A DNA stretch of 63,019 nt, the filler included, from Sandaracinaceae bacterium (lineage in GTDB: Bacteria; Myxococcota_A; Polyangia; Polyangiales; JADJQN01): NCBI GenBank assembly GCA_947483975.1. It is 14 parts of 14 records of this genome, joined end to end, with 100 filler letters (N's around TTAATTAATTAA, not from the genome) between each part and the next. Parts side by side here need not be neighbours in the genome. Positions count along the whole stretch, not along the records: positions 32,130 to 36,559 come from CANKOL010000418.1; positions 36,660 to 41,086 come from CANKOL010000419.1; positions 41,187 to 45,570 come from CANKOL010000420.1; 11 more parts are not named here. One strand, given 5' to 3'. Of the stretch, positions 33,125 through 44,354 are shown one piece after another. A program made the translations under genes and the position numbers. The notes below the pieces were generated by a model. The model had not been told where the DNA came from, did not search any database, and saw nothing but the letters and a program-made list of their open reading frames with translations. How positions within the stretch are numbered: the first letter of the stretch is position 1; the number at the start of each line of letters is the position of its first letter.

Positions 33125-34558
33125 ATGAAGTCTCTACGCTTGCTCGCTCTGTGTCTGGCGCTCGCGTCCGTTTCCGTCGCCGCCGGCTGTGAGAACACCG
33201 GCACTCCCGCGACGCCCGACGCGGGCGCGCCCGTCGACGGCTCCACGCCCGTCGCGCGCCAGGTGACCTACACGCCCGAAGGCTGCGGCTACGAGGTCGT
33301 CTCTGCGCAGGTGTCGAGCGCGGCGCTGCACTCGGCGGTGCTCGGCGCGACGCCCGCGCCCGACCACGTGCACGTCAGCTTCAGCGGCCCTGCGACGAGC
33401 ACCTTCGCCGTCAACTGGCGGACGGTCGGCGCCGACACGCTCACGTCCCAGGTGCTCTACGGCGCGGACGAGGCCGCGGTGCTCGCCGCCGACGGTCCTG
33501 GCGTGGGCGTCACCGTGCAGAGCGGTCACTGGATGAAGTACGACCGCGCGGGCGGCTTCCTCGTGCACGAGGCGCACGTCTGCGGGCTCAGCGCCTCGAC
33601 GCGCTACTTCTACAAGGTCGGCGGCGCGGGCGCGTGGAGCGGCGTGTTCGACGTCTCGACGAGCCCGACCATCGGCACGAGCGAGGTGTGGCGCTTCGGC
33701 GTGACGGGCGACTCGCGCAACGAGCCGACCATCTTCGCCGAGACGCAGGCGCGCCTTCAGGCGGCGGCGGTCGACATGCAGATCTTCAGCGGCGACGCCG
33801 TCGTGCTCGGCCCCAATCAAGGCGAGTGGGACGCGTTCTTCGAGGCGACCAACGGGACCGTGTCGGTGCAGGACGTGCTCGCGCGCATCCCGTTCATGGT
33901 CGCCAACGGCAACCACGACGGGCTCGCGACGAACTTCCTCGCGCAGTTCGCGCTGCCGCAGCAGGTCAGCCCGGGCGAGCGCGGCGAGGGCGAGGAGTGG
34001 TACTCGTTCGACTACGGCAACGCGCACTTCATCGTGCTCAACGACACCTCCACGGCCGACCTGATCGCGGGCGCGCAGCGCGACTGGCTGCGCGCGGACC
34101 TGACGGCCGTGGACCGCGCGGTGACGCCGTGGGTCTTCGTGATGCACCACTCGCCGATGTACACGTGCGCGACGGCGCACGGCCCCGAGACGACGCTGCG
34201 CGCCTCGTGGCAGCCGCTCTTCGACGAGTTCGGCGTGGACTTCGTGTTCAACGGGCACAACCACGAGTACGAGCGCAGCCTGCCGATCCGCGGCTTCGCG
34301 TCGGGCACGACCGAGGGGCAGGTCCAGCCCTCGGGCGCGCACGGCATCCCGCAGGCGGCCAACGGGACCGTCTACGTCGTCGCGGCGGGCGCGGGCGCGC
34401 CCCTCTACGGCGTCGACCAAGCCTCGACCGGCTACACCGTGTTCGCGGAGTCGACGCGCAACTACGTCGTCATCGAGCTCGAGGGCAAGACGATGCGCTA
34501 TCACGCGTACCGCCTCGACGGCACGGACCTCGACGTCTTCGAGTACACACGCCCGTAA
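33125..34558 (+). CDS. Metallophosphoesterase lipoprotein (purple-acid-phosphatase-like, FN3 N-domain)
   Basis: AAGC lipobox; GDSR, SGDAV, GNHD, WYSFDYGNAHF, GHNH. Confidence 0.88.
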   Translation: MKSLRLLALCLALASVSVAAGCENTGTPATPDAGAPVDGSTPVARQVTYTPEGCGYEVVSAQVSSAALHSAVLGATPAPDHVHVSFSGPATSTFAVNWRTVGADTLTSQVLYGADEAAVLAADGPGVGVTVQSGHWMKYDRAGGFLVHEAHVCGLSASTRYFYKVGGAGAWSGVFDVSTSPTIGTSEVWRFGVTGDSRNEPTIFAETQARLQAAAVDMQIFSGDAVVLGPNQGEWDAFFEATNGTVSVQDVLARIPFMVANGNHDGLATNFLAQFALPQQVSPGERGEGEEWYSFDYGNAHFIVLNDTSTADLIAGAQRDWLRADLTAVDRAVTPWVFVMHHSPMYTCATAHGPETTLRASWQPLFDEFGVDFVFNGHNHEYERSLPIRGFASGTTEGQVQPSGAHGIPQAANGTVYVVAAGAGAPLYGVDQASTGYTVFAESTRNYVVIELEGKTMRYHAYRLDGTDLDVFEYTRP

Positions 34559-34609
34559 CCTCGATGTCACGTATTGCTACGGCTCGTGGCCTCTGCGAAA
34601 GTGGGCGCC

Positions 34610-36049
34610 ATGACGTTTCGCCGTGCTGCTCTGCTGTGCCTCGTCGGTGTCCTGCCCGTCTTCGCCGCCTGCGGCGACGACGACTCTCCCGCAACGGTCG
34701 ACATGGGCGTGACGGCGGACCTCGGTCCCTCGGACGCGGCGGTGGTGGTGCGGCAGGTGACGTACACGCCCGAGGGCTGCGGCTACGAGGTGACGTCGGT
34801 GCTCGGTCGCTCGGCGTCGCTGCACGCGGACGTGATCGGCGGCGCGCCGACGCCCGACCACATCCACGTCAGCTTCAGCGGCCCGGCGACGACGACGTTC
34901 GCGGTCAACTGGCGCACCTCGGCGAACGACACCCTCGCGAGCCAGGTCCTCTACGGCACCGACCAAGCGGCGGTCACGGCGGCCGAGGGGCCGGGCGCGG
35001 GCGTCTCGGCGCAGAGCGGGTACTCGGTCGCGTACGAGCGCGACGAGTCGTTCCGCGTCCACGAGGTGCACGTCTGCGGCCTGACGGCCTCGACGCGCTA
35101 CTTCTACAAGGTCGGCGGCGCCGGCGCGTGGAGCGCGGTGTTCGACGTCTCGACGAGCCCCGCCATCGGCACCAGCGAGGTCTGGCGCTTCGCGCTCACC
35201 GGCGACTCGCGCGGGCAGCCGGATGTGTTCGCCGAGACGCAGGCGCATATCCAGGCGGCGGGCGTGGACCTCGAGGTCTTCAGCGGGGACGCCGTCACGC
35301 TCGGGACCGATCAGCCCAGCTGGGACGCGTTCTTCGAGGGCACCTCGGGCAGCGTGACCGTGCAGGACGTGCTCGCGCGCACGCCGTTCATGGTGTCGAA
35401 CGGCAACCACGAGAGCCTGGCGATCAACTTCCTCGCGCAGTTCGCGGTGCCGCAGCAGGTCTCGCCAGGCGAAGAGGGGCAGGGCGAGGAGTGGTACTCG
35501 TTCGACTACGGCAACGCGCACTTCGTCGTGCTCGACGACCAGGCGGACCCGGGCGTGATCGCCGACCAAGAGACCGCGTGGCTTCGCGCGGATCTGACGG
35601 CGGTGGACCGCGCGGTGACTCCGTGGGTCTTCGCGGTGCACCATATGCCGCTCTACACGGACTCCACGGCGCATGGCCCGGCGCTCGACCTGCGCGCCGC
35701 GTGGCAGCCGCTCTTCGACGAGTTCGGCGTCGACCTCGTGCTCAACGGGCACAACCACGGCTACGAGCGCAGCGCGCCCATCCGCGGCTTCGCGGCGGGG
35801 ACGACCAACGGAGTGATTCAGCCCGAGGGCGCCAACGGCATCCCGCTCGCCGCGAACGGCACCGTCTACGTCGTCTCGGGTGGCTCGGGCGCGCCGCTCT
35901 ACGACGTCGCACCGCTGACCCCCTACACGATCACCTCGGAGTCGACCTATCACTACGTGATCCTCGAGCTCGAGGGCAAGACGCTCCGCTATCACGCGTA
36001 TCGCCTCGACGGCAGCGAGCTCGACGTCTTCGAGTACACGCGCCCCTGA
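34610..36049 (+). CDS. Metallophosphoesterase lipoprotein, tandem paralog of 33125-34558
   Basis: FAAC lipobox; same motifs (GNHE); near-identical C-terminus ending LDVFEYTRP. Confidence 0.88.
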   Translation: MTFRRAALLCLVGVLPVFAACGDDDSPATVDMGVTADLGPSDAAVVVRQVTYTPEGCGYEVTSVLGRSASLHADVIGGAPTPDHIHVSFSGPATTTFAVNWRTSANDTLASQVLYGTDQAAVTAAEGPGAGVSAQSGYSVAYERDESFRVHEVHVCGLTASTRYFYKVGGAGAWSAVFDVSTSPAIGTSEVWRFALTGDSRGQPDVFAETQAHIQAAGVDLEVFSGDAVTLGTDQPSWDAFFEGTSGSVTVQDVLARTPFMVSNGNHESLAINFLAQFAVPQQVSPGEEGQGEEWYSFDYGNAHFVVLDDQADPGVIADQETAWLRADLTAVDRAVTPWVFAVHHMPLYTDSTAHGPALDLRAAWQPLFDEFGVDLVLNGHNHGYERSAPIRGFAAGTTNGVIQPEGANGIPLAANGTVYVVSGGSGAPLYDVAPLTPYTITSESTYHYVILELEGKTLRYHAYRLDGSELDVFEYTRP

Positions 36050-36051
36050 TC

Positions 36052-36559
36052 GTGCGCGCTCGGTCCTGCCTGGTTGCTCTCGCGCTCGCGCTGACCACCG
36101 TCACCGCGAGCGCGCTCGCGCAGGACGCGGGCGCTCCGACGGCCGCGGACGGACGCGCGCGCCAAGCGTCGCTGGTGCGCGAGGCGGATCGCGCGGAGAG
36201 CGAGGCGCGCCCGGCGGACGCTGTGGCGCTGTGGCGCGAGGCGTTCGCGGCGGCGCCGACGTCGCGCGTCGCGGGGCGCTGTGAGACGCGCGTCGCGTAC
36301 CTGACGGCGCACGCAGAGGGGGGCTATGGGCCCCTCGCCGACTTGATGCGCATGCGGCAGCTGCCGACGAGCGCGCTCTCCGCGCAGGTGCTCGATGACT
36401 ACACGCGCAGGCTCGACGGCTACCCGCGCGGGCGCGCGCGCCGCGAGGGTCGGGAGCTCGTCGCGGACGCTTGGCTCGGGCGCCTCGGGGACCTGGCGCG
36501 CGCGGAGGGCGCCTATCAGCGGTGGCTCGCGGAGCCGGGCGTCGAGGACGTCGAGCGCA
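36052..36559 (+). CDS. Secreted TPR-like hypothetical protein (3' truncated)
   Basis: Signal peptide ALA/QDAG; helical sequence. Confidence 0.5.
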
Positions 36560-36659
36560 NNNNNNNNNNNNNNNNNNNNNNNNNNNNNNNNNNNNNNNNN
36601 NNNTTAATTAATTAANNNNNNNNNNNNNNNNNNNNNNNNNNNNNNNNNNNNNNNNNNNN

Positions 36660-37383
36660 CGTGCTCGTGTCGGGCGAGCCCGCAGAGGGCAAGCGCCTCG
36701 CCGAGGGCGCGCTCGCGCTCGACGCGCACGAACCGACCGCGCACTACCTGCTCGCCGAGCTTGCGATGGGCACCCAGGACGCGCGCGGCGCCGACGCGCA
36801 TCTGCGCGACTTGCTCGCGAATCATCACGACGGCTACGACGTCCGGACGCTCGCTGCGCGGGTCGCGCTCGCGCTCCACGACCGCCCCGGGGCCATCGCG
36901 CACCTCGAGGCGGCGACGGCCATCGACGCCGAGCGCGGCGAGGCGTGGCAAGGGCTGCGCGAGCTTTCGCGCGCAGCGCAGGACGCCGTGCGGCTGACGA
37001 CGGCGCTCGAGCGGCTCGCGAACATCGATCAGCATGACCGCGCGAACTACGCAGAGTTGCTGACGACGCTGGCGGACGCGCATCGCTGGCCCGACGTCGT
37101 GCGCTACGGCGAGAACGCGGTGTTCGTCGAGCCCGGGCGCGCAGAGACGCACCGCCTGCTCGGCGAGGCGTATGTGCGCACGGGCAAGGCGCGCGAGGGC
37201 CTCGTCGAGCTCGATCAGACGCTGCGCCTCGCGCCGGAGCACCCGGGGCTCGTGCACCTCGGACGCGAGCGCGCGCTCGTCGCGCTCCATCGCCTGCCTG
37301 ACGCGCGTCACGCCGCCGACGACGCGACGCGCGCCGACGCGACGCTCGCCGCCGAGGCGCAGGGCATCCTCGCGGGGCGATGA
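36660..37383 (+). CDS. TPR repeat protein (5' truncated)
   Basis: Several TPR-like repeats (AHYLLAEL, THRLLGEAY). Confidence 0.75.
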
Positions 37384-37429
37384 TCTTCGGCGCGCCGCGC
37401 GTAGAACGCAGCTAGGATCGCGCACTCGT

Positions 37430-39466
37430 ATGCGGCCGCGCTTCAGCCTGTCGATCCCCTCGCGCACGTTCGCGGGCTTCGCGCTCGTCATCTGCGCGTT
37501 CGGCGCCGTCGCGCTCGCGTCGATCGTGCAGCACGAGCAGACGGCGCGGACGCTCGGGTTGCTGCCCGAGGGCTATCTGCCGCTCGCCCTCGACGTCGCG
37601 GAATTGCGCGCGAATCACGGCGTCTTTCTCACGCGCATGGACGGCATCCTCGAGGAGCAGGACACGACGCCGACGGTCGCGTATCTCCGCTCCGCGCGCC
37701 TGCTGCGGCAGTCGCTGCTCGAGCGCACGCTCACCGGCATCACGCGCGCCTACGCGATGCAGCCGCCCGAGGACGCGGCGTCGGTGTTGTCGGCGGTGCG
37801 CGCGGAGCTCTCGAGCGTGCGCGCCGTCTACAGCGCGGACGAGCGACGCTTCGACGACCTCTCCCGCGCGCTCCTCGGCCGCGATCGGTCCCGCGCCGAG
37901 CAGATCCTCGGCGACCTGCGCACGCGCGAGCGCACCGTCGAGCGGCATCTGCGGCGCGCGTCGGACTCGATGCAGGCGGGCATCGCGGCGATGAGCGCGG
38001 ACGCCGAGCGCGAGGAGCGTCGCTCGGTGCAGATCCTCGCGCTGCTCGCGCTCGCGGCGCTGCTCGTCGGCCTGCTCGTCACGTTCTACACGCAGCGCAC
38101 CCTCGCGCCGCTGCCGCGGCTTCAAGAGCGCGTCGCGGCCGTCGCGCGCGGGGACCTCGACGCGCGCCGGCTGTCGCTGACGGGCGACGACGAGATCGGG
38201 CGACTCGCCGCGGAATTCGAGCGGATGGTCGACGCGCTCGCCGCCCGCGACGCGCGCCTGCACGAGGCCGCCGACCGCCTGCGCGCCTTGCAGCGCATGC
38301 AGGAGCAGATCGTCGAGGGGCTCCGCGCGGCGGTCGTGCTCGTCGACGAGGGCGGGGTTGTCCGATCGGTCAATCCATCTGCCGCGCTGCTCTTCGGGGT
38401 CACGCCCGCGGACGTCGGTCGGCCGCTCGCGGCGCTGAGCCTCGGGGCGCGCATCGCCCCGCTCGAGGCGGCGATCGGCGAGGTGCGCGCCGGCAGCGAG
38501 CGCGCGGTGCTGACGGCGACGCCGCTCGCCTCGACCGATGTGCTCGCGAAGCCCGAGCCGCGGCTGCTCGATGTGTTGGTCACGCCGTTTGGCGAACAAC
38601 CGATGACGGGCGCCGAGCGACCGGTGCTGATCGTCGCCGAGGACGTGACCGAGGACCTGCGGACCAAGGCGCGGCTGATCCACAGCGAGCGACTCGCGGC
38701 GATCGGGCGCATGGCGGCGCACGTCACGCACGAGGTGCGTAATCCGCTCTCGTCCATCGGGCTCAACGTCGAGATGCTCGAAGAGGAGACGAGCGAGAGC
38801 GGGCCCGAGGTGCAGGCGCTGCTGCGCGCGATCCACCGCGAGGTCGATCGCTTGACGGCGGTGACCGAAGAGTATCTCCGCCTCGCGCGCTTGCCGGAGC
38901 CGCGCCTCGAGCAGGGCGACCTCGGCGAGACCGTGCGCGAGGTCGCGCAATTCGTGCGCGCGGAGATGACGAACGCGGGCGTCGTGTTCGTCGTCGACGT
39001 GCCGGGCGCGCTGCCGCACATCGCGTACGACGAGGCGCAGCTGCGGCAGGCGCTGCTCAATCTGCTGCGCAACGCGCGCGAGGCGATGCCCGCGCCGGGC
39101 GGCACGGTGCGCGTGTCGGTCGAGGTCGAGGGCGGCGACGTCGTGCTGCGCGTCGCGGACGACGGCCCCGGCATCGCGCCCGAGGTGCAGGCGCGCATCT
39201 TCGATCCGTTCTTCACGACGAAGGAGCGCGGCACCGGCCTCGGTCTGCCGCTGACGCAGCAGATCGTCGCGGCGCACGGCGGGCGCATCGGCGTCCACGG
39301 GGCGCCGGGGCAGGGCACCACGTTCGAGCTCGCGTTCCCGATCGCGGGCGACACCGCGGTGGCGAGCGACCTCGCTCTTAGTCGCGACACGGCGGCGCGC
39401 GATGCGCTACACGAGGGCGCGCAGGCGCTCGAGGCGACGACTGCAGCACCGGAGGCGAGCGAGTGA
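37430..39466 (+). CDS. Sensor histidine kinase (HAMP-PAS-HisKA-HATPase)
   Basis: [48 protein letters not shown]. Confidence 0.92.
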   Translation: MRPRFSLSIPSRTFAGFALVICAFGAVALASIVQHEQTARTLGLLPEGYLPLALDVAELRANHGVFLTRMDGILEEQDTTPTVAYLRSARLLRQSLLERTLTGITRAYAMQPPEDAASVLSAVRAELSSVRAVYSADERRFDDLSRALLGRDRSRAEQILGDLRTRERTVERHLRRASDSMQAGIAAMSADAEREERRSVQILALLALAALLVGLLVTFYTQRTLAPLPRLQERVAAVARGDLDARRLSLTGDDEIGRLAAEFERMVDALAARDARLHEAADRLRALQRMQEQIVEGLRAAVVLVDEGGVVRSVNPSAALLFGVTPADVGRPLAALSLGARIAPLEAAIGEVRAGSERAVLTATPLASTDVLAKPEPRLLDVLVTPFGEQPMTGAERPVLIVAEDVTEDLRTKARLIHSERLAAIGRMAAHVTHEVRNPLSSIGLNVEMLEEETSESGPEVQALLRAIHREVDRLTAVTEEYLRLARLPEPRLEQGDLGETVREVAQFVRAEMTNAGVVFVVDVPGALPHIAYDEAQLRQALLNLLRNAREAMPAPGGTVRVSVEVEGGDVVLRVADDGPGIAPEVQARIFDPFFTTKERGTGLGLPLTQQIVAAHGGRIGVHGAPGQGTTFELAFPIAGDTAVASDLALSRDTAARDALHEGAQALEATTAAPEASE

Positions 39467-40218
39467 CGACCAGAAGCGATGGACGGTCGGCGGGCGCGCT
39501 ACGCGCGGTGACGATCGAGACGGGCGTGCAGAAGAACCCCGAGGGCTCGGTGCTCTATCGCTCGGGAGGCACGCTCGTGCTGATCGGCGCGAGCGTCGAG
39601 CCGGGCGTGCGCGATTTCCTGCGCGGCACCGGGCGCGGCTGGGTGACGGCGGAGTACGCGATGCACCCGCGCTGCGGCCCTGCGCGTCAGGCGCGAGACG
39701 GGCGGCGCAACGGCGGGATCGACGGACGCGCGCAGGAGATCCAGCGCCTCGTCGGTCGCGCGCTGCGCGCCGCGATCGTGCCGGAGAAGCTCGGTGAGCG
39801 GACGATCACCATCGACTGCGACGTGCTCGACGCGGACGGCGGCACGCGCACGGCGTCGGTGACGGGCGGCTTCATCGCGCTCGCGATGGCGCTCGACTCG
39901 CTGCGCAAGCGCGGGCTCGTCGGCTCTGGCGTCCTGCGCGCGCCGATCGCCGCGGTCAGCGTCGGGCTCGTCGCGCACGTGCCGCTGCTCGACCTTTGCT
40001 ACACCGAGGACCGCGACGCGCAGGTCGACCTCAACGTCGTCGCGACCGAGCACGGCGACCTCGTCGAGGTGCAGGGCACGGCGGAAGAGGCGCCGATGAC
40101 CCGCGCGGAGCACGACGCGCTGCTCTCGCTCGCGCTCGGTGGCGTGCCGGCGCTCGTCGCCGCGCAGCGCGCAGCGCTCGCGAAGGTGGACGTGGACCTC
40201 GACGCGCTCCTCGGATAG
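39463..40218 (+). CDS. rph: Ribonuclease PH
   Basis: [42 protein letters not shown]. Confidence 0.95.
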   Translation: MTTRSDGRSAGALRAVTIETGVQKNPEGSVLYRSGGTLVLIGASVEPGVRDFLRGTGRGWVTAEYAMHPRCGPARQARDGRRNGGIDGRAQEIQRLVGRALRAAIVPEKLGERTITIDCDVLDADGGTRTASVTGGFIALAMALDSLRKRGLVGSGVLRAPIAAVSVGLVAHVPLLDLCYTEDRDAQVDLNVVATEHGDLVEVQGTAEEAPMTRAEHDALLSLALGGVPALVAAQRAALAKVDVDLDALLG

Positions 40219-40233
40219 AGATCCCCTGAGCCG

Positions 40234-40866
40234 ATGACCACGAAGCTACTCGTCGCGACACGCAACAAGGGCAAGCTCGCGGAGCTACGCGAGCTCGTCA
40301 CGGACCTCGACGTCGAGCTGCTCTCGCTCGACGACACGCCGAACGCGCCCGCGGATGTCGTCGAAGATGGCGCGACCTTCGAGGCCAACGCCCGCAAGAA
40401 GGCCTCGGAGTACGCGCGCGCGACGGGCCTGCTGACCCTCGCGGACGACAGCGGCCTCGAGGTCGACGCCCTCGGCGGTGAGCCTGGGGTCCGCTCGGCG
40501 CGCTTCGCCGGACCGCACGCGACCGACGGCGAGAACAACCGCCTCCTGCTCACCCGCCTCGTCTCGTTCGAGCGCGGCGAGCGCACCGCGCGCTTCCGCT
40601 GCGTCCTCGCCGTCGCCGACCCACTCGGGCCCCTCGGGGCCGACGTGCACCTCGAGAGCGGCGCGTGCGAGGGACGCATCGTCAGCGGTCCGCGCGGCAC
40701 CGGCGGCTTCGGCTACGACCCGCTCTTCGTGCCCGCTGCGGCTGGCGAGCGCACGTTGGCCGAGCTTCGCGGCGAGGAGAAGAACGCGCTCAGCCACCGC
40801 GCCGAGGCGTCCCTCAAGACGGTGGCGTTCCTCAGAACTTATCTACGAAATCGCCTGACTCCTTGA
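40234..40866 (+). CDS. rdgB: Non-canonical purine NTP pyrophosphatase
   Basis: [35 protein letters not shown]. Confidence 0.95.
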   Translation: MTTKLLVATRNKGKLAELRELVTDLDVELLSLDDTPNAPADVVEDGATFEANARKKASEYARATGLLTLADDSGLEVDALGGEPGVRSARFAGPHATDGENNRLLLTRLVSFERGERTARFRCVLAVADPLGPLGADVHLESGACEGRIVSGPRGTGGFGYDPLFVPAAAGERTLAELRGEEKNALSHRAEASLKTVAFLRTYLRNRLTP

Positions 40867-40891
40867 GCCCGGGCGCTGCGAGTGGTAAGAG
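40863..40891 (+). promoter_or_regulatory. Sigma70-like promoter for the tRNA pair
   Basis: TTGAGC-17 bp-TAAGAG with TG extension, 12 bp upstream of tRNA-Pro. Confidence 0.5.
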
Positions 40892-40903
40892 CCGCGCCTC
40901 CTT

Positions 40904-40980
<77 letters not shown>

Positions 40981-41011
40981 ACCCTCCGCGCGCGTCGCTC
41001 GTGCGCGCCCC

Positions 41012-41086
41012 GCGCCCATAGCTCAGCTGGATAGAGCAGCGGCCTTCTAAGCCGACGGTCCCGCGTTCGATTCGCGGTGGGCGCGC
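41012..41086 (+). tRNA. tRNA-Arg(TCT); the contig ends at its 3' terminus
   Basis: gcgccca/tgggcgc acceptor stem; cggc-ct-TCT-aa-gccg anticodon arm; GTTCGATT. Confidence 0.92.
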
Positions 41087-41186
41087 NNNNNNNNNNNNNN
41101 NNNNNNNNNNNNNNNNNNNNNNNNNNNNNNTTAATTAATTAANNNNNNNNNNNNNNNNNNNNNNNNNNNNNNNNNNNNNNNNNNNN

Positions 41187-41888
41187 CACATGCGCGCGAC
41201 CGCGGCGCCCGTGCCGCACGCGGCGGGCACGAGCGGCGCGACGCCGCGCGCGTATTCGAGCGGGATTCGCTCGCTGGAGCTGCTGCGCACGGCCGACGAT
41301 CCGAGCCCAGCGCGCATCTTCTCGTACGGCGATGGCTACGTGGAGGCGAGCTACGACGACGGCGCCGACACCATCGTCGGCTCAGCCGCCATCGCGGACC
41401 TGCCGACGGGCACGTTCACCTGGGCGCGCGCGGTGCACACGCACGTGCGCTTCACGCTCCCGGCGACCGCGCACACGCCCTATGGCGTGCTGCCGGGCGA
41501 CCTCGACGCGCTCCTCGTGCTGAGCGACCGCACGACGCTCGACGGGGTCGCGCGCGCGCACGGCGACTATCGCTATGTGTTCCGCTACGCGGGCATGGCG
41601 CTGCCGTCGGAGGGCGCGGGCTTCCCGATCCCAGCGGTCGAGAGCGGCGGCTTCACGATGCGCCTCGAGGCGGGCGAGACGTCCTACGCGTTCCCCGTCG
41701 CGCTCGAGGTGCGCAACGACCTCGCGGACGACGTGCACGTGGTCTTCGAGATCAACACGCACGAGAGCTTTCGCTGGACCGAGCAGGACGCGCCGGGCTA
41801 CGTCGCGGGCGCGTTCGACCTGAGCGCGCTCGGCACGGAGCCCATCGTGCAGGCGGGCGCGAACAGCTACCGCTACTTCCCCGAGTGA
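41187..41888 (+). CDS. Hypothetical beta-rich protein (5' truncated)
   Basis: ORF with GC-typical codon usage; no motif recognised. Confidence 0.5.
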   Translation, partial: HMRATAAPVPHAAGTSGATPRAYSSGIRSLELLRTADDPSPARIFSYGDGYVEASYDDGADTIVGSAAIADLPTGTFTWARAVHTHVRFTLPATAHTPYGVLPGDLDALLVLSDRTTLDGVARAHGDYRYVFRYAGMALPSEGAGFPIPAVESGGFTMRLEAGETSYAFPVALEVRNDLADDVHVVFEINTHESFRWTEQDAPGYVAGAFDLSALGTEPIVQAGANSYRYFPE

Positions 41889-41915
41889 GCGCTCGACGGG
41901 CTATGCTGCGCGCCC

Positions 41916-42758
41916 ATGTCGCAGGCCCAACAAGGACGAGAAGAGATCATTCTGACGGCCGCGATCGTCGGCGCGGAGGTGACGCGCGAGCAGACGCCGC
42001 ATCTGCCGATCACCGCCGACGAGATCGCCGCCGAGGCCAAGCGCTGCCGCGACGCGGGGGCGTCGGTGCTGCACCTGCACGTGCGCGAGGCGGACGGGCG
42101 CCCGACGCAGTCGCGGGACCGTTTTTACGAGGCGATCGAGGCGATCCGCGCGGTCACCGACATCATCGTGCAGACCTCGACGGGGGGCGCCGTCGGGATG
42201 AGCATCGACGAGCGCGTGCAGCCGCTCGACTGCGCGCCGGAGATGGCCTCGCTCAACTGCGGGACGATCAACTTCGGCGACGAGATCTTCGAGAATTCTC
42301 TGCCGCAGATGCGCGCGATCGCTGAGCGAATTCGGGCCGCGGGCGTCGTGCCGGAGCTGGAGCTGTACGAGCTCGGGCACCTCGACAACGCGCTGATCCT
42401 CGTCCACGAGGGGCTGCTCACCGCGCCGCTGCACGTGCAGTTCGTGCTCGGCGTGCGGGGCGCCCTCGGCGCGCGCCCGGAGGTGCTGCGCTTCCTCGTC
42501 TCGCAGCTGCCGAGCGACGGAACGTGGGGCGTCGCCGCGACGGGGCGCCATCAGCTGCCGATGGCCGAGCTCGCGACGGAGCTCGGGGGCAATGTGCGCG
42601 TCGGGCTCGAGGACAACCTCTACCTCGAGAAGGGCGTGCTCGCGGAGGGCAGCGCCCCGCTCGTCGCGCGCGCCGCGCTGATCGCGAGGGCGCGCGGACG
42701 CGAGCCGGTGTCGCCGACGCGGGCCAGGGAAATCCTCGGGATTCGCGCGGCGGGGTAG
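41916..42758 (+). CDS. 3-keto-5-aminohexanoate cleavage enzyme family (BKACE)
   Basis: AGASVLHLHVR, STGG, PEMASLNCGTINFG, GGNVRVGLEDN. Confidence 0.9.
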   Translation: MSQAQQGREEIILTAAIVGAEVTREQTPHLPITADEIAAEAKRCRDAGASVLHLHVREADGRPTQSRDRFYEAIEAIRAVTDIIVQTSTGGAVGMSIDERVQPLDCAPEMASLNCGTINFGDEIFENSLPQMRAIAERIRAAGVVPELELYELGHLDNALILVHEGLLTAPLHVQFVLGVRGALGARPEVLRFLVSQLPSDGTWGVAATGRHQLPMAELATELGGNVRVGLEDNLYLEKGVLAEGSAPLVARAALIARARGREPVSPTRAREILGIRAAG

Positions 42759-42764
42759 ACGCCT

Positions 42765-44291
42765 TCAAGCGCTCGGAGGCGCGGGCACCGAGAGCGCGGT
42801 GCCGTCGTGCCGCTCGACGCGATCGCGGCCGTGGCGCTTGGCGGCGTAGAGCGCTTCGTCGGCGCGCGCGAGGAGCGCGGCGACGTCTTCACCCGGGAGG
42901 AGCGCGGCGACGCCGAGGCTGATCGTCAGGCGGCCGAGGGGCTGCGTCGCGCCGCCGGGGATCTCGTGATCGGCGACCTGCACGCGCAGCTTCTCGGCGA
43001 CGCCGAGGGCCTCGTCGAGCGTCGTGCCGGGCAAGAGCACCAGGAATTCTTCGCCGCCCGTGCGCGCGACGGTGTCGATGCGGCGCACGACCGCCTGCAG
43101 GTGCTCAGCGACGGCGCAGAGCGCGGCGTCGCCCGTCGGATGACCGCAGGTGTCGTTGAGGTTCTTGAAGTGGTCGATGTCGATCGCGATGACGGAGACC
43201 GCCTGATGAAAGCGCTGCGCTCGCTCGAGCTCGCGCTCGAGCTGCCGGCCGAGCGCGCGGCGGTTGGCGAGGCCCGTGAGCTCGTCCGTCGTCGAGAGCG
43301 CGCGGAGCTCGTCGACGACCTGCGCGTGCCGGATGGCGAGCGCGGCCTGGTCGGCGATGGCGCCGAGCAGGCGGAGGTGCGCGTCGGTCAGCGGATCGCT
43401 GACGTCGCGCGTGACGCCGAGGATGCCGAGGAGCGAGCCCTGGAGCGAGATCGGGAACGCGGCGAACGAGCCCTCGCGGACGGCCTCGCCCCAAAAGGCG
43501 AGGTATTCAGGGGCGTCGGAGACGTCCGTGCGGACGACGGGCTGACCCGTGCGCGCGACCTCGCCGGCGATGCCGAGCCCCGCCTCGACGAGCCGCCCGA
43601 GCACGCGCTGCGGCGCTTGGAAGCCGTGCACGGCGCGCACGAGGTAGCGGCGCGAGCCGTCCGCGGCGCGCAGGAAGATCGCCGCCTCGCGGAGGTGCAG
43701 CCCGGTGCCGATGCGCGTGACGAGCTCGCGCAGGACCTTGTCGAGCTCGTTCTCGGTGACGCTGACGCGCAGCAGATCGAAGACCAGCTGCCGCTCGGCG
43801 AGGCGCGCCTCGAGCTCGGTCGTCTTGGCGGCGAGGGTCTCCTCGAGGCGCAGCTTCTCGCGCGTGCGGACGAGCTCGCGGGACTGATCGATCATGCTGC
43901 CGCGCAGGCTCGTGATGCGCGCGAGGAGGCGGTTGAGCGCCTCGCTCGTCTCGGCGAGCTCGCCGTGGCCTTTGACCGGAATTCGCAGGAGAAAATCGCC
44001 CGCGTCGGCCTCGTCGACGAACTGCGAGAGCGCGCGCAGCCGCCGCGCGACGAGGTGCTCGACCATCAGCGCCGCGACGACGGCCGCGACCAGGGCGCTC
44101 GTCAGGATCGTGCCGAGCACGAAGGGCGTCGGCAGCGACTCGACGAAGCCGAGGGTCACCGCGAGCTGAATGGACGCGCCGAGCGCCGAGCCGACCCCCG
44201 CGACGACCGCGGCGATACGCCAAAGCCGCTCTCGGCGCGCGGGTCGGGGGTCCACGAGGCGGAGCGTTCGATCGGGGTCGTGGCTCGTCAA
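42765..44291 (-). CDS. Membrane HAMP-GAF-GGDEF diguanylate cyclase
   Basis: DELTGLANRR, DIDHFKNLNDTCGH, RRID I-site, GGEEF; start uncertain (TTG at 44291). Confidence 0.9.
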   Translation of the reverse strand: MTSHDPDRTLRLVDPRPARRERLWRIAAVVAGVGSALGASIQLAVTLGFVESLPTPFVLGTILTSALVAAVVAALMVEHLVARRLRALSQFVDEADAGDFLLRIPVKGHGELAETSEALNRLLARITSLRGSMIDQSRELVRTREKLRLEETLAAKTTELEARLAERQLVFDLLRVSVTENELDKVLRELVTRIGTGLHLREAAIFLRAADGSRRYLVRAVHGFQAPQRVLGRLVEAGLGIAGEVARTGQPVVRTDVSDAPEYLAFWGEAVREGSFAAFPISLQGSLLGILGVTRDVSDPLTDAHLRLLGAIADQAALAIRHAQVVDELRALSTTDELTGLANRRALGRQLERELERAQRFHQAVSVIAIDIDHFKNLNDTCGHPTGDAALCAVAEHLQAVVRRIDTVARTGGEEFLVLLPGTTLDEALGVAEKLRVQVADHEIPGGATQPLGRLTISLGVAALLPGEDVAALLARADEALYAAKRHGRDRVERHDGTALSVPAPPSA

Positions 44292-44354
44292 CAGGACGCG
44301 GCCGTTATCTCGCGCGTTCTGTCTTGGACGTCTCGCAGGGGCGAAGCGGCCCGA

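Noticed and set aside
33634..36615. 993-aa ORF spanning both phosphoesterase genes
   Set aside because: An off-frame shadow; only its last part from GTG 36052 looks like a real gene.
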